Virus record (IMG/VR): IMGVR_UViG_3300026484_000007 | Location: 124,001 to 188,000 of that record | Length of the DNA: 64,000 nt | Direction: 5' to 3' (one strand) | Shown: piece after piece, positions 1-9,743 of the stretch | Numbering within the stretch: the first letter of the stretch is position 1 | How the letters are laid out: the number at the start of each line of letters is the position of its first letter | Notes under the pieces: generated by a model | Seen by the model: the letters and a program-made list of their open reading frames with translations, nothing else | Told to the model about the DNA's origin: nothing | Databases searched by the model: none | Position numbers and translations under genes: made by a program

Positions 1-697
1 CAACAATGAAATCATCTAATTCAAATGTTGGACAAGCGTAATCTAATCTCGAACCGGCTTCTAATAAAAATTTATTAAATTTATGAATTCTATCCCAGAA
101 TTGTCCACCGATATTATTCTTTTTTAAGAATTCATTGTAATCGTATGTTAATTTATTTAATCCTTTTTTATTCAATAAACCATATTTTTCGAAAGTATAT
201 AAATGATAGATTTCTGAATCATTTGATTGAATCTTATAAACATCAAGAATTTGATTTATTATAACTTCAAAATATGATAAAATTTTACCTTGAATCATTA
301 CTGGTCTTCCACCATATTTCATAAGTTTATTCATCGTAATTAAAAATATAGGATCTAATTCCTTATAAATCCTTTCAACTGTTTGGATATTTTCTTGATT
401 TTTTTCTTCTTCATCCATTTGAGAAAAATCATCAATAAGTTCTTGAGGATTAAAATTTTCATACGCTTTCTTTGATAACATGAAAGCACCATAGATACTT
501 TCATGTTCATAATCAATTAAAAGTTTATCAGTATGTTCAAATTCAATATTGTTTTTAATGAACATTGCAGCGAAATCGCGTTTTGCTTGTTTTGAATGAA
601 GAGATAAAGATAACATACTATCCCCATCAAAATCCGCATTAAAGAACGCTGACACTAAATCGTTTAATTCAATAACTCTATTTTTTTTATATTCCAT
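1..697 (-). CDS. rpoC: RNA polymerase beta'-like subunit, C-terminal (catalytic) fragment; 3'-truncated by the window edge
   Basis: Not in the ORF track. Manual translation from ATG at 697 (SD AAGGAG) gives MEYKKNRVIELNDLVSAFFNADFDGDSMLSLSLHS..., which contains the NADFDGD catalytic motif. Confidence 0.92.
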   Translation of the reverse strand, partial: MEYKKNRVIELNDLVSAFFNADFDGDSMLSLSLHSKQAKRDFAAMFIKNNIEFEHTDKLLIDYEHESIYGAFMLSKKAYENFNPQELIDDFSQMDEEEKNQENIQTVERIYKELDPIFLITMNKLMKYGGRPVMIQGKILSYFEVIINQILDVYKIQSNDSEIYHLYTFEKYGLLNKKGLNKLTYDYNEFLKKNNIGGQFWDRIHKFNKFLLEAGSRLDYACPTFELDDFIV

Positions 698-724
698 ATT
701 AATTCTCCTTTATTTTTTTAATCT

Positions 725-1153
725 TTATTTTAACGCTTTATGTAAATCAGTCTTGAACTCTTCATCTTCAATCCAGCACGAAGGAATTACTTTATTGATA
801 TGCATTTTCTTTTTAATTTCTTCGATAATTAAAGATAAAATTATATCATAATCTTTCTTAGATTTTAATTTAATTAACTTAAGATATTTAAGAATTATGT
901 CAGCTCCGACGCAAGATACTTTTTCAATGTCTTTTAAAGAGAGATCTTTTTTAGATCTTTCTATAGAAACTCCATATAATTTTTTATATAATTTAGGATC
1001 GCCATAAATATCAGGAATTAAAATTCCTTTCTTTTTTTCCTTTTGGAATTCTTGAATATAATCAATGATCTTTCCAGGATCTTTTAAATCATTAATACTA
1101 AGAAATCTTACTATTTTATCTTTCAAATCATATTTCATTTTTGCTCTTGCCAT
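725..1153 (-). CDS. hypothetical protein
   Basis: 142-aa ORF with SD, between the two beta' fragments. Confidence 0.7.
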   Translation of the reverse strand: MARAKMKYDLKDKIVRFLSINDLKDPGKIIDYIQEFQKEKKKGILIPDIYGDPKLYKKLYGVSIERSKKDLSLKDIEKVSCVGADIILKYLKLIKLKSKKDYDIILSLIIEEIKKKMHINKVIPSCWIEDEEFKTDLHKALK

Positions 1154-1165
1154 TTTTTTTCTCCT

Positions 1166-1438
1166 TTATAAAGCTTGAAATTCTAACCAACTTACCCAAG
1201 TTCCTTCGTCTTCGACTGATCTTTCTAAGATCTTTTCTATAAAATCTTCAGTTACCTGAATGTCATTATAAATACTTTGATTTTTATTTGGCTGAAATGT
1301 TCCTGTTTGAAGATAGGCGATTTTATATTTATCGCCTTTATAATAGCAAAACATTTCATTTTTAAAAATTTTAATACTATCTACAAACACTGTTAATTTT
1401 TTATTCGATTTTTTCATTAAAGCTTGAATTCTAATCAT
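1166..1438 (-). CDS. hypothetical protein
   Basis: 90-aa ORF with SD. Confidence 0.7.
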   Translation of the reverse strand: MIRIQALMKKSNKKLTVFVDSIKIFKNEMFCYYKGDKYKIAYLQTGTFQPNKNQSIYNDIQVTEDFIEKILERSVEDEGTWVSWLEFQAL

Positions 1439-1470
1439 TCTTTATCCTTTTTTTCATTGATATTCTCCGT

Positions 1471-2715
1471 TCATTTCTCTACCGTTTCTTCTTTATCCTT
1501 TTTATTATAAAATAAATCATTGTCTCCAAAAACTCTACCAAGAGTTACTCCGCTGGTATTGAATTTATAAAGAACGGGCTGTCTTTCAAATAATATTCTA
1601 AATTCTTTAGACTTTGATTTTAAAAATTCTATAAATAACGGATCGCTAATTTCGATTCCATCATCATTTAATGTATTGTAAATATATTGTAAATACTCCA
1701 TAACTGTAAAATCAGTATCTTCAATATGATCGTTTTCAAATTTTTCATATAAGAATCTTAAGAATTCAGGAAGAAATAATTTTTCTACTGCTTCTCTATG
1801 CATACCAATTTGGTAAGGTTTTAAAGCAGGGTTTGGCACAATTACAGCTCTTTGACTAAACTCTACTGTTTTCCCAGTTAAAGATTCTCTAATATAACTT
1901 TCTTTTTTCTTAAAATTACTTTGAGAAATACTTTCAAAAATTTCAGATACCTTTTCTTGGTATTTATAAACTGTAAATCCAAACATCTGAGAATTTTCTT
2001 GAAATAAACTATCAGTGATATTCTTTTTACTTGTAAGTAATTTTATATATAAAGTACTTATTGCGTGCGGCATAGATTTTTCCGCAGAGATTTTAACAAT
2101 CGGTCTTGATGTTGGTGGAATAACAGGAATTTCATTTAAGAAAACATAATTCACTAAATCTTCTTCCACGAAATTTCCTTGTAAGAATTTTAATAAATCT
2201 TCATCCTCCATCATTTCAAAAAATAAATCTTTAAGAGTCGTAATATCGAAAACCTCAATATCTATGATTTTTTCATCTTCTTTTAACATAGATTCTTTAA
2301 TCAATTTAAATTTTTCTAATGAGAATAAATATGGATTTTCTCTATTTTCATTGTACTTGCTTTTATTTAATAAATTTTTAATTGCAAAAGTTCCAAAAAT
2401 CTGATTTAAATTTCCAATGAAATTTGGATTAATTACATAAATTCCAGTAGGTAATTTTATTTTCGCGAAAGTCTTGGTTCTTAATTCTTCCGTATCACAA
2501 AGAACTCCACATTCTTCACATCTTTTACCTGCATTAATTTTACCAAAAACTGCACCACATTGACATTTGTATCTATTTACTGGACCAAAAATTTGCTCAG
2601 AATATAATCCTTCTGGGTGGAATTTTTCTAATTTTCCAGTAACATATGGGCTAGGTGATTTAACTTCTTTAAAACTCGGAAGATTTCTATATACAGAAAA
2701 ATCAATATCTATCAT
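1471..2715 (-). CDS. rpoC: RNA polymerase beta'-like subunit, N-terminal fragment
   Basis: GLYSEQIFGP, Zn ribbon CQCG...CEECG, IPVIPPTSRP, LTGKTVEFSQRAVIVPNP and FERQPVL (cf. NRAPTL). Confidence 0.93.
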   Translation of the reverse strand: MIDIDFSVYRNLPSFKEVKSPSPYVTGKLEKFHPEGLYSEQIFGPVNRYKCQCGAVFGKINAGKRCEECGVLCDTEELRTKTFAKIKLPTGIYVINPNFIGNLNQIFGTFAIKNLLNKSKYNENRENPYLFSLEKFKLIKESMLKEDEKIIDIEVFDITTLKDLFFEMMEDEDLLKFLQGNFVEEDLVNYVFLNEIPVIPPTSRPIVKISAEKSMPHAISTLYIKLLTSKKNITDSLFQENSQMFGFTVYKYQEKVSEIFESISQSNFKKKESYIRESLTGKTVEFSQRAVIVPNPALKPYQIGMHREAVEKLFLPEFLRFLYEKFENDHIEDTDFTVMEYLQYIYNTLNDDGIEISDPLFIEFLKSKSKEFRILFERQPVLYKFNTSGVTLGRVFGDNDLFYNKKDKEETVEK

Positions 2716-2778
2716 TTTAAATCCTTTTTTTCAATTTTTTCTAACGACAAAAAAAAATGGAGAACAACTCTCCACTTT

Positions 2779-3198
2779 TTATTTCTTTTGAATCTCTTTT
2801 CTTATACTTTTAAATTTTTTAAGAGTTGTATGATACTCTTTTAAATCATCAAGATTATCAATATATTCTTTGAAAATTAATCCAAAGATGATTATTGAAA
2901 AGAAAGCAAGATAAGCACTTGCAGCACCAACAATCAAAGCATTCTTTAAAGTAATTATATCAAAAAATGATAAAATTACCAAAATTGGATTAAAGATAAC
3001 GCTTAAAAACGATACTCCGAAAATTACTAATAATGCAATTGCCGAAATATAAATAAGAAAACTAAAGATTTTTGAAAACGCCAAACAAGCAAAATCTTGA
3101 CTTTGCTTGTACTGATCGTATTCTTCATAACTCGATATTTTATCCATAAATAAAACATATCTTATAGTTTGAATGATACAGTTTTTATTTTTTAGCAC
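2779..3198 (-). CDS. hypothetical membrane protein
   Basis: Two long hydrophobic segments. Confidence 0.7.
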   Translation of the reverse strand: MLKNKNCIIQTIRYVLFMDKISSYEEYDQYKQSQDFACLAFSKIFSFLIYISAIALLVIFGVSFLSVIFNPILVILSFFDIITLKNALIVGAASAYLAFFSIIIFGLIFKEYIDNLDDLKEYHTTLKKFKSIRKEIQKK

Positions 3199-4024
3199 TT
3201 TTTCTCCTTTTGCTTTTTAGATATTTTTTAGTACGACTAAGATTTTCAATTAGTCCTTTAATTTTATTGTAAGTTGTATTACTTACTCTATAAAAATTTT
3301 TAAAACAATCTGGTCTGAATTTATCAAACCATTCCGTCGTTAAATGATAAAATTTAACTTCAAAATGATTTTCACGATCTCTACAAAAATCATTTACATC
3401 AAAATTTTCTATCTTTCTAATATATAAATTATAACATTTTTGATAAGAAAAACTATGCTTATGTTCTATAAATAAACTCCAAATAAATTCTTCGAAGTAT
3501 TTATTGTAATGTAATTTTTCTAAAACATAAAATTTTTTCCAAGTTAATTCCTTTTCAATCCATTGTATGTATTCGTCGAATAAATCCATTCTAAAAAACA
3601 TAGTCGAATATCTTCTATGCGTTTTTACTAATCTTTCATAAACAGGAATTAATGTTCCTGGTAATTGATTTTTATTAAAATAAGGAAAAGCTATTTCCCA
3701 ATTTATCCAATAAATATTCCCAACTATTGGACTGCTTGTAATATTATTAAAATTAATATGATCAGAATAAAGAATATCCAAATCAGTGTAAAAGATCTTT
3801 GAAAGATCTTTTTTGTCTCTTTTTAAAATTTTTAAAGCTTTTTGTAAAGTATAAAACTTTACCATATAATGTATTCCTTTCGATTTGAATCTTTTTTGGA
3901 TCTCTTTTGGAACACGTAAATTTAGAAAATCAAAATACTGATTACTAATCAATTGTTGAATATCTGCTTCGTATTGATAACATGGTTTGTCGTCGATAAT
4001 TCTTAAAAGTTTAAATCTTTCCAT
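3185..4024 (-). CDS. hypothetical protein, possible GT-A glycosyltransferase-like
   Basis: KFYTL...IFYTDLDILY resembles a DxD context; weak. Confidence 0.35.
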   Translation of the reverse strand: MERFKLLRIIDDKPCYQYEADIQQLISNQYFDFLNLRVPKEIQKRFKSKGIHYMVKFYTLQKALKILKRDKKDLSKIFYTDLDILYSDHINFNNITSSPIVGNIYWINWEIAFPYFNKNQLPGTLIPVYERLVKTHRRYSTMFFRMDLFDEYIQWIEKELTWKKFYVLEKLHYNKYFEEFIWSLFIEHKHSFSYQKCYNLYIRKIENFDVNDFCRDRENHFEVKFYHLTTEWFDKFRPDCFKNFYRVSNTTYNKIKGLIENLSRTKKYLKSKRRKSAKK

Positions 4025-4046
4025 TTAATCTCCTTTTTAATCTCTT

Positions 4047-4421
4047 TTAAAGATTTCTTGCAAGAATATAATGAACTCCTGTCGATAAATGTTTACATAA
4101 TTTCATCTTTTTGCAATCTGGGTTTGTTTTGTCTGGCGGTAATAATACAAAACTTGGCTCCATTAAAAGAGCATCTTTTAAATAAAAACAATATGCTTGT
4201 CTATATCTAAAATCGTGGCAATCACAATAAACCTTAATTTTAGAATTCGGTCTAAGTTTTTCCGTATTACATTCAATTTTTGCAGTGTACATTTGTGGCG
4301 CCGGTTTTGTCGTCGCCATAGTACTAATACAACTTAATTGATAACGATAAGGTTCAATATGTGTTTTAACGATTTTGATTGTTGGATCGCTTGGTTTGTT
4401 TACTCTTGATAAATCAATCAT
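4047..4421 (-). CDS. SWIM zinc-finger protein
   Basis: VYCDCHDFRYR...LCKHL (CxC...CxH). Confidence 0.8.
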   Translation of the reverse strand: MIDLSRVNKPSDPTIKIVKTHIEPYRYQLSCISTMATTKPAPQMYTAKIECNTEKLRPNSKIKVYCDCHDFRYRQAYCFYLKDALLMEPSFVLLPPDKTNPDCKKMKLCKHLSTGVHYILARNL

Positions 4422-4442
4422 TCAAGTCTCCTTTTTTAAAAT

Positions 4443-4686
4443 AAAAAAAGGACCCTTTAGTTCTCACCGCGGAGGCTTGCGGTATTCCGAGGAGCTTTCG
4501 GTCACGTTAACTTACTCACTCCCCGAAATCCGGGCCTCGTTGGATCCTACTAAAAGGTCCTGTTGACGGCCGAATTCGGTACTACTTAGTACCTACTGTT
4601 GGCCGCCTGCTAGGGATCTTTAGAAGATCCCCCTTGATAAGGTTTGGACCTACAACGTAAATCGTAGATCCTCTACCTTATCTACT
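4443..4686 (-). ncRNA. putative structured ncRNA 1 (~240 nt, four stem domains, two loop-E motifs)
   Basis: GC-rich intergenic island. Stems at 4636-4682, 4613-4631, 4565-4607 and 4450-4560, then a U-tract; directly downstream of the promoter at 4679-4722. Confidence 0.75.
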
Positions 4687-4722
4687 ATTTATATATCTAA
4701 TAAACGTTTACGAGTTCTAAAA
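4679..4722 (-). promoter_or_regulatory. phage promoter TTTTAGAAC...TATATAAATAG; 44 bp identical to 50901-50944
   Basis: Exact repeat upstream of both structured RNAs; same motif family as the cassette promoters. Confidence 0.75.
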
Positions 4723-4726
4723 CCCT

Positions 4727-5053
4727 CTAAAACTCTTTTAATGAAGAATCCACATCATCATAGTGTTTTTTTAGCACTATAGATTTGAATTTTCTTTTTA
4801 AATGAGTTTTTGCATAATCTTTTGCAGTCTCATCCACCCAGTTAAAAATTTTTTCAGGACTGATTCCATCTCGGTGCATTTTTATCATTTCTGCTAAAAT
4901 CTGATCTTGATAATCATATCCTGATTGAGCAAAATCTTTGAACTTAAAATGATCTTTAATAGATCGATCTGGTTGTTCATAATAAAGATTTTTTCTATTT
5001 TTTTTATTATGAACAGATTGAATACTCTTAAGAGTATCTCTGATTCTAGCCAT
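4727..5053 (-). CDS. hypothetical protein
   Basis: 108-aa ORF with SD. Confidence 0.7.
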   Translation of the reverse strand: MARIRDTLKSIQSVHNKKNRKNLYYEQPDRSIKDHFKFKDFAQSGYDYQDQILAEMIKMHRDGISPEKIFNWVDETAKDYAKTHLKRKFKSIVLKKHYDDVDSSLKEF

Positions 5054-5062
5054 TTTCTCTCC

Positions 5063-5905
5063 TTAAATTTCGACGGTTTTGCCAACGTTTTCATTATTAT
5101 GATACTTATACCAAGTAAGTTTACTATGGTAAGGTTTATCATTATCAAATAAATCTTTATATACTAAATTGAAGTCAGTTTCACAGCAATGAACGTTTCT
5201 TACAGGATCATCCCAATTACTATAATCATGAAAAATAATAATTTCTTCTGCTTCATTAGTATTTATTAATTTTTTTACAATTTTTAAAATTTCAAAATTT
5301 GCTTTTGTATCGCCAGATACTAAAATCAATTTTGGATTATCTAATATTTTAAATAAAAATCCACATGCTTTATAATGACCATGATTCGCAAGAATTAATC
5401 TTGTTTCTAAAGAAAGAGTATTAAAATTCCATTGATCCTGATCTTTATCAAAAATTGTAAAACGGATTTTATCGAAAGATCCTGTTATACTTAAATAATG
5501 AATATAAACCATAGGAACCCAAACAGACTTTCCATATTCATTCATTTTATTAAATTTTTCATCGAATATACTTTCAAATTCATATTTTAATATATCGGGA
5601 ACATAAATATTTGTGCTTTTTCCCAATACAAAATAATTATAATAAATTAACCCTTCAAGGTCAGCGATATGATCGAAATGAAGATGTGTTATAAATACTC
5701 CATCTATTGATTTCTGCGATGTCATATAACCTTTATCTTTTAATTTTTTAAGAACATTATGTCCACAATCCACAAGGAAATTATAATTTTTATCTCCTTG
5801 AGTATAATTTAATAAAAAACTTGCGCTTGTTTCTCCAAAGTCAAAAGCTCCAGCGCTACCAAGTACTTCGATTTTTAATTTTAATTCGTGATCTTTTTTA
5901 AACAC
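5063..5905 (-). CDS. MBL-fold metallo-hydrolase, Apyc1 (anti-Pycsar)-like
   Basis: LGSAGAF, LVDCG, THLHFDH, SGDT, IFHD, VH motifs. Confidence 0.75.
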   Translation of the reverse strand: MFKKDHELKLKIEVLGSAGAFDFGETSASFLLNYTQGDKNYNFLVDCGHNVLKKLKDKGYMTSQKSIDGVFITHLHFDHIADLEGLIYYNYFVLGKSTNIYVPDILKYEFESIFDEKFNKMNEYGKSVWVPMVYIHYLSITGSFDKIRFTIFDKDQDQWNFNTLSLETRLILANHGHYKACGFLFKILDNPKLILVSGDTKANFEILKIVKKLINTNEAEEIIIFHDYSNWDDPVRNVHCCETDFNLVYKDLFDNDKPYHSKLTWYKYHNNENVGKTVEI

Positions 5906-5927
5906 AATTTTCTCCTTGTATTATTTT

Positions 5928-7127
5928 TTATTTTAATTCATTTAGATAAATTTCTTTTCCTATTTTTATTTTATCTAATTTTTTGCGAGGATAATCTTCA
6001 TACATAGCTGAGCTAATTAAATTATCCCAACCATCTCCTTGACCTTGAATATTATATAGATAAAAATATTTACTTTTATCTATCAATTGTAAATTTTCTT
6101 TTACTTTCTTGATTATATCATTCATGTTTTTTATATAACGATCATCTAAATCAAACACAGTCTTTAATGATTTTAAGTATTTAGGTTTTTTTAATATTAA
6201 TTTTACGAAGTTAATTATTTCGATATCAGTAGCTTTATACATATAACTTAAATTTTTATATAAATATTTTTTAATAATAGAATATTCTTTATCAAAATAT
6301 TTATCCATTTTAGATTCATTAAAATATTTTTTAATTAATCTTGGGACATTTTCCATATCACGATCAACTTCGTCTGAAATCTTTTCTATTATTTTTATGT
6401 ATTTATATTTTCTTTTAATCATTTCATTTTCAAAGATTATAAAATTAAAATACATAGCAATTTTTAATTCTAGATGATCGTTGATGAATATTTTTGCTTC
6501 GTCAATGAAATCAAAATATGATTCGATTGTATCAACAATTTCTTTTAGATTTTCTTTTATGATTTTTTTTGATAAATTTTCATTTTTTTCATTTTTGAAT
6601 AAATCATTTAAATCATTAATATCATCATATATCATATAACATAGAGTCCCGATTTGAGAAAGATATTTATTATTAAATAAATAAAATTGCACCAATTCTG
6701 GCTTAGATTTGATTTTTGAAATAACTTCAAGCGTCGTGATTATATCTTCCATCATAGCTTCGTAATCGAAAACATCTAAAATTAATTTATTTTTAAATTT
6801 TTTTCTATTTTGAATCTTTTTTAAATTATTGATATCTTTACCCGCTACTTTAAAATATTTGGCAACTTCTTTTTTTGATATAAATACTCTACCATTCTTA
6901 ATTTTAAAATTATTTATATCTGGCTCGTAATTGAATTTTTCTTTTAATTCTATTAAACTATTATTTAAATTTTCTTCCGAAAATGGAATTTGATATTCAA
7001 AATCATCGAACATGTCTTCATATTTTTGAAGATATTCTTCCTCCGATAATTTTTTGATGTCTTCATTAAATCCTACTATAAAACTACTTGAACTACTATT
7101 GCTTACAAATCCTGTTCTAATTTTCAT
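5928..7127 (-). CDS. phage protein of the MKIRxGFVSNSSSSSF family
   Basis: Characteristic N-terminal motif; function unknown. Confidence 0.7.
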   Translation of the reverse strand: MKIRTGFVSNSSSSSFIVGFNEDIKKLSEEEYLQKYEDMFDDFEYQIPFSEENLNNSLIELKEKFNYEPDINNFKIKNGRVFISKKEVAKYFKVAGKDINNLKKIQNRKKFKNKLILDVFDYEAMMEDIITTLEVISKIKSKPELVQFYLFNNKYLSQIGTLCYMIYDDINDLNDLFKNEKNENLSKKIIKENLKEIVDTIESYFDFIDEAKIFINDHLELKIAMYFNFIIFENEMIKRKYKYIKIIEKISDEVDRDMENVPRLIKKYFNESKMDKYFDKEYSIIKKYLYKNLSYMYKATDIEIINFVKLILKKPKYLKSLKTVFDLDDRYIKNMNDIIKKVKENLQLIDKSKYFYLYNIQGQGDGWDNLISSAMYEDYPRKKLDKIKIGKEIYLNELK

Positions 7128-7149
7128 TTTTTTCTCCTTTCTGTGTTTT

Positions 7150-7536
7150 TTATAATTTTATTAATTTATCTATTACTAAATTATAAAATCTTTCAAAAAT
7201 ATGATCGATTTTATTTTTTGCATTTAATACTAACTCACTTTCAAGTGATTTCAATAAGCATATGAAAAAAGATAAAAATACAATAATTATATTTAAAATA
7301 GGTATAAAAATTGCTATCGATTGTACGTATAAAAAATTATCCGGAAAATAATATTTATGATTTCCTTTTAATTCTTTATACACTCTTTTCTTTAAATCTT
7401 CTTCGCTTTCATTCGGATATAGTTTTTTAAATTTTTTATACGCATCATTCATAAAAACGCGTAGACTACAATACAATGTTAATAAACCTAAAATTACGAA
7501 TACTATATATTGTGCAATAAAAGACATTAAACTCAT
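7150..7536 (-). CDS. membrane protein (IFxPxxN family)
   Basis: Two TM segments; resembles 8305-8709 and 23607-23912. Confidence 0.7.
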   Translation of the reverse strand: MSLMSFIAQYIVFVILGLLTLYCSLRVFMNDAYKKFKKLYPNESEEDLKKRVYKELKGNHKYYFPDNFLYVQSIAIFIPILNIIIVFLSFFICLLKSLESELVLNAKNKIDHIFERFYNLVIDKLIKL

Positions 7537-7551
7537 TTTTCCTCCTCTTTT

Positions 7552-7851
7552 TTATTTTTTAATTATTTTTCTTACTTCATTTAATGAAGATAATGTTTGG
7601 TCAACGATATGCTTATTATGATCTGGAATTGCTATCATTCCAGTTGCCGTAATAAAACCTTGCGCAGTTGCTAATAAATGTTCGATCTTTTCTAGATCTT
7701 TTTCAGAGATGATGTATTTATCTTTAAAAAAATCATCTACCGCATTTAAACATGTTTCTCTTTGAGCCACTTGAATATTTTCTCCAGTAACTCCTTCCAT
7801 TGAAAAACATTGATCTTCGATCAATGTTTTTAGCGATTCTTTATAATTCAT
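7552..7851 (-). CDS. hypothetical protein
   Basis: 99-aa ORF with SD. Confidence 0.65.
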   Translation of the reverse strand: MNYKESLKTLIEDQCFSMEGVTGENIQVAQRETCLNAVDDFFKDKYIISEKDLEKIEHLLATAQGFITATGMIAIPDHNKHIVDQTLSSLNEVRKIIKK

Positions 7852-7852
7852 T

Positions 7853-8023
7853 TTACTCTCCTTTTAATTCTTTTAATTCTTTCTGTAATTTCATTTTATT
7901 CAATCTCCTTAAAGCTCGTTTTGCTTTTTGGATACGAATTCTACGTTTTTTTCTTGCTTTATTATTTTTCCATTTATATAGTAAATCATCGTTTACTATT
8001 TCTAACTTTATTTCAGGTAACAT
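7853..8023 (-). CDS. small basic protein (56 aa)
   Basis: Manual translation MLPEIKLEIVNDDLLYKWKNNKARKKRRIRIQK...; has an SD and fills the gap. Confidence 0.6.
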   Translation of the reverse strand: MLPEIKLEIVNDDLLYKWKNNKARKKRRIRIQKAKRALRRLNKMKLQKELKELKGE

Positions 8024-8045
8024 AAACACTCCTTAATTAAATTAA

Positions 8046-8312
8046 TTAAATTCTTTTGATTTCTATGTCCTTACTTTTATTTAAAATTTGCATGATGTTA
8101 TTGTAATTGTCTCTATGTTGTTTTTCATTTAAACCCGCAATAAATATTTTATACGTAATATAACCTATTGTAATTTCTACGCTATCTGGAAGTATTGAGC
8201 GCGAATGCTTTTTCGATTCTTTAACAACAATTTCTTTCACTTGATTTTCATTGATAGTATCTACAATTTCTTCTAATCTATTTAATCTTTCTAAGCTAAA
8301 TTCTCTAGTCAT
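8046..8312 (-). CDS. hypothetical protein
   Basis: 88-aa ORF with SD. Confidence 0.65.
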   Translation of the reverse strand: MTREFSLERLNRLEEIVDTINENQVKEIVVKESKKHSRSILPDSVEITIGYITYKIFIAGLNEKQHRDNYNNIMQILNKSKDIEIKRI

Positions 8313-8709
8313 TTTTTTCTCCTTTTAAATTCAATTGTTTTTTAAGTAAAAAATCGATTATCTTAAGATAATATTTTACGATTTTATTTTTAATATAATC
8401 CCAAATATGTAATTTTTCAAACAGACCAATTATGCAATTTATAAATAAAATTATGAATAATAAAATATTTACGATAGGCATAAATATTGACAATACTCCT
8501 ATAAACGGATCTTCATTATCATTAGTAATTTTTATTTTAATTTTATTTTTCAATTCATTATAAATCTCTTTATTGGTCTTATTACTATAATTTCTTTTTA
8601 TCCAAGTAATTTCTTCTTTAATATATTTATACATTTCGCAGAGCATCATAATTCCGCTTAAAAAAACCGGAATTACATATACGATAATTAATGTATTAAT
8701 TAGCTCCAT
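8305..8709 (-). CDS. membrane protein (IFxPxxN family)
   Basis: Two TM segments. Confidence 0.7.
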   Translation of the reverse strand: MELINTLIIVYVIPVFLSGIMMLCEMYKYIKEEITWIKRNYSNKTNKEIYNELKNKIKIKITNDNEDPFIGVLSIFMPIVNILLFIILFINCIIGLFEKLHIWDYIKNKIVKYYLKIIDFLLKKQLNLKGEKND

Positions 8710-9743
8710 TACATTTCCTTTTCATTTAAAATTAAATGATAGCTATTCGGGGTTTCAATCCCTGCCTTTTTTTCTGCTAACTCTCTTTCTTTACAAGCCT
8801 CGCATTCCAAACATGGAACTGCAACTCCTTCTTTAATACTTGGATTATAACAAGTCCAAGTTTCATTTATAGGAACTTGTAATTCAAGAGCTCTTTTAAC
8901 TACTTCGTCTTTAGTATTATTTTTAAATGGAGCAAATAATCTAACTTTTTTAACATCATTCAATGATAATAATTCATTTAGTCTATACGCAAATTCTGGA
9001 GTAATATCCCAGTAATCTCTATGCTCTCCATAAGCTTCTTCTGAATGTTTATGGATTCCAAGACCAATTTTGACCTCATCGTATCCATTATTCAAAGCTA
9101 TAATTTCTCCAATCACTGTAGAAATAACTGAGAATAATAGATTTCTACTTGGAGTATAAAATTGGTGATTTGCTTGATCTTCGATAGATCCAGAATCTCT
9201 CATCTGAGCCCAGATATCTAAGAATTCATCAAATAAAGGTTTAAGATTCAATTTCTTAACCCCAATAATTTTACCATTAGAAATATATTTCTTCTGATAA
9301 ATATTTACTAAATTATCAAAAGCTTGCATTTCTACAAAATTCTTTTGATTGTAATTAAAATTAATTACAAAAACATCATAGCCTTGATAAAGAGCTTCGG
9401 CGCAAAGAGTTGCTGAATCTAATCCTCCACTCATTGAAATAATAGCTAATTTTCCCTTTCCCGGTAAATATTTACCAAGATATTTATCAAGCAAATCATT
9501 AAAATCTTTTGAAGCCATTTTATTTAATCTTTCTCTCCATTTATTATTCATTTTTTCATTAAGAAATTTTACCATTTCTCTTTTTGGATTTTTTCTATTT
9601 TTAACAGATGGTGCTCTTAATTTACTCCCAATATCTATCATAGTTTTCTTATGACAATTTGGGCATTCGATGATATAATCATCAAAAGGTGAGTGTTTTT
9701 TACTGAACCCACAATTAATACAAAGATACTTATTGTTTTTCAT
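8709..9743 (-). CDS. queC: 7-cyano-7-deazaguanine synthase with N-terminal Zn-ribbon extension
   Basis: SMSGGLDS, YTPSRNLLF, TWTCY, CLECEACKER; start moved to the SD-preceded ATG at 9743. Confidence 0.9.
   Translation of the reverse strand: MKNNKYLCINCGFSKKHSPFDDYIIECPNCHKKTMIDIGSKLRAPSVKNRKNPKREMVKFLNEKMNNKWRERLNKMASKDFNDLLDKYLGKYLPGKGKLAIISMSGGLDSATLCAEALYQGYDVFVINFNYNQKNFVEMQAFDNLVNIYQKKYISNGKIIGVKKLNLKPLFDEFLDIWAQMRDSGSIEDQANHQFYTPSRNLLFSVISTVIGEIIALNNGYDEVKIGLGIHKHSEEAYGEHRDYWDITPEFAYRLNELLSLNDVKKVRLFAPFKNNTKDEVVKRALELQVPINETWTCYNPSIKEGVAVPCLECEACKERELAEKKAGIETPNSYHLILNEKEM

Noticed and set aside
698-1470. Group I/II intron or intein splitting rpoC
   Set aside because: There is no structured core and no endonuclease or RT motif, and the downstream fragment has its own SD and ATG.
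4443-4686. RNase P, tmRNA, hammerhead or retron identity for ncRNA 1
   Set aside because: It lacks GAGGAAAGUCC, tRNA-like ends with a tag ORF, and the CUGANGA core; no reverse transcriptase is in the window.
4894-5148. Minus-strand ORF overlapping two genes
   Set aside because: It is an alternate-frame overlap of 4727-5053 and 5063-5905 with no supporting features.
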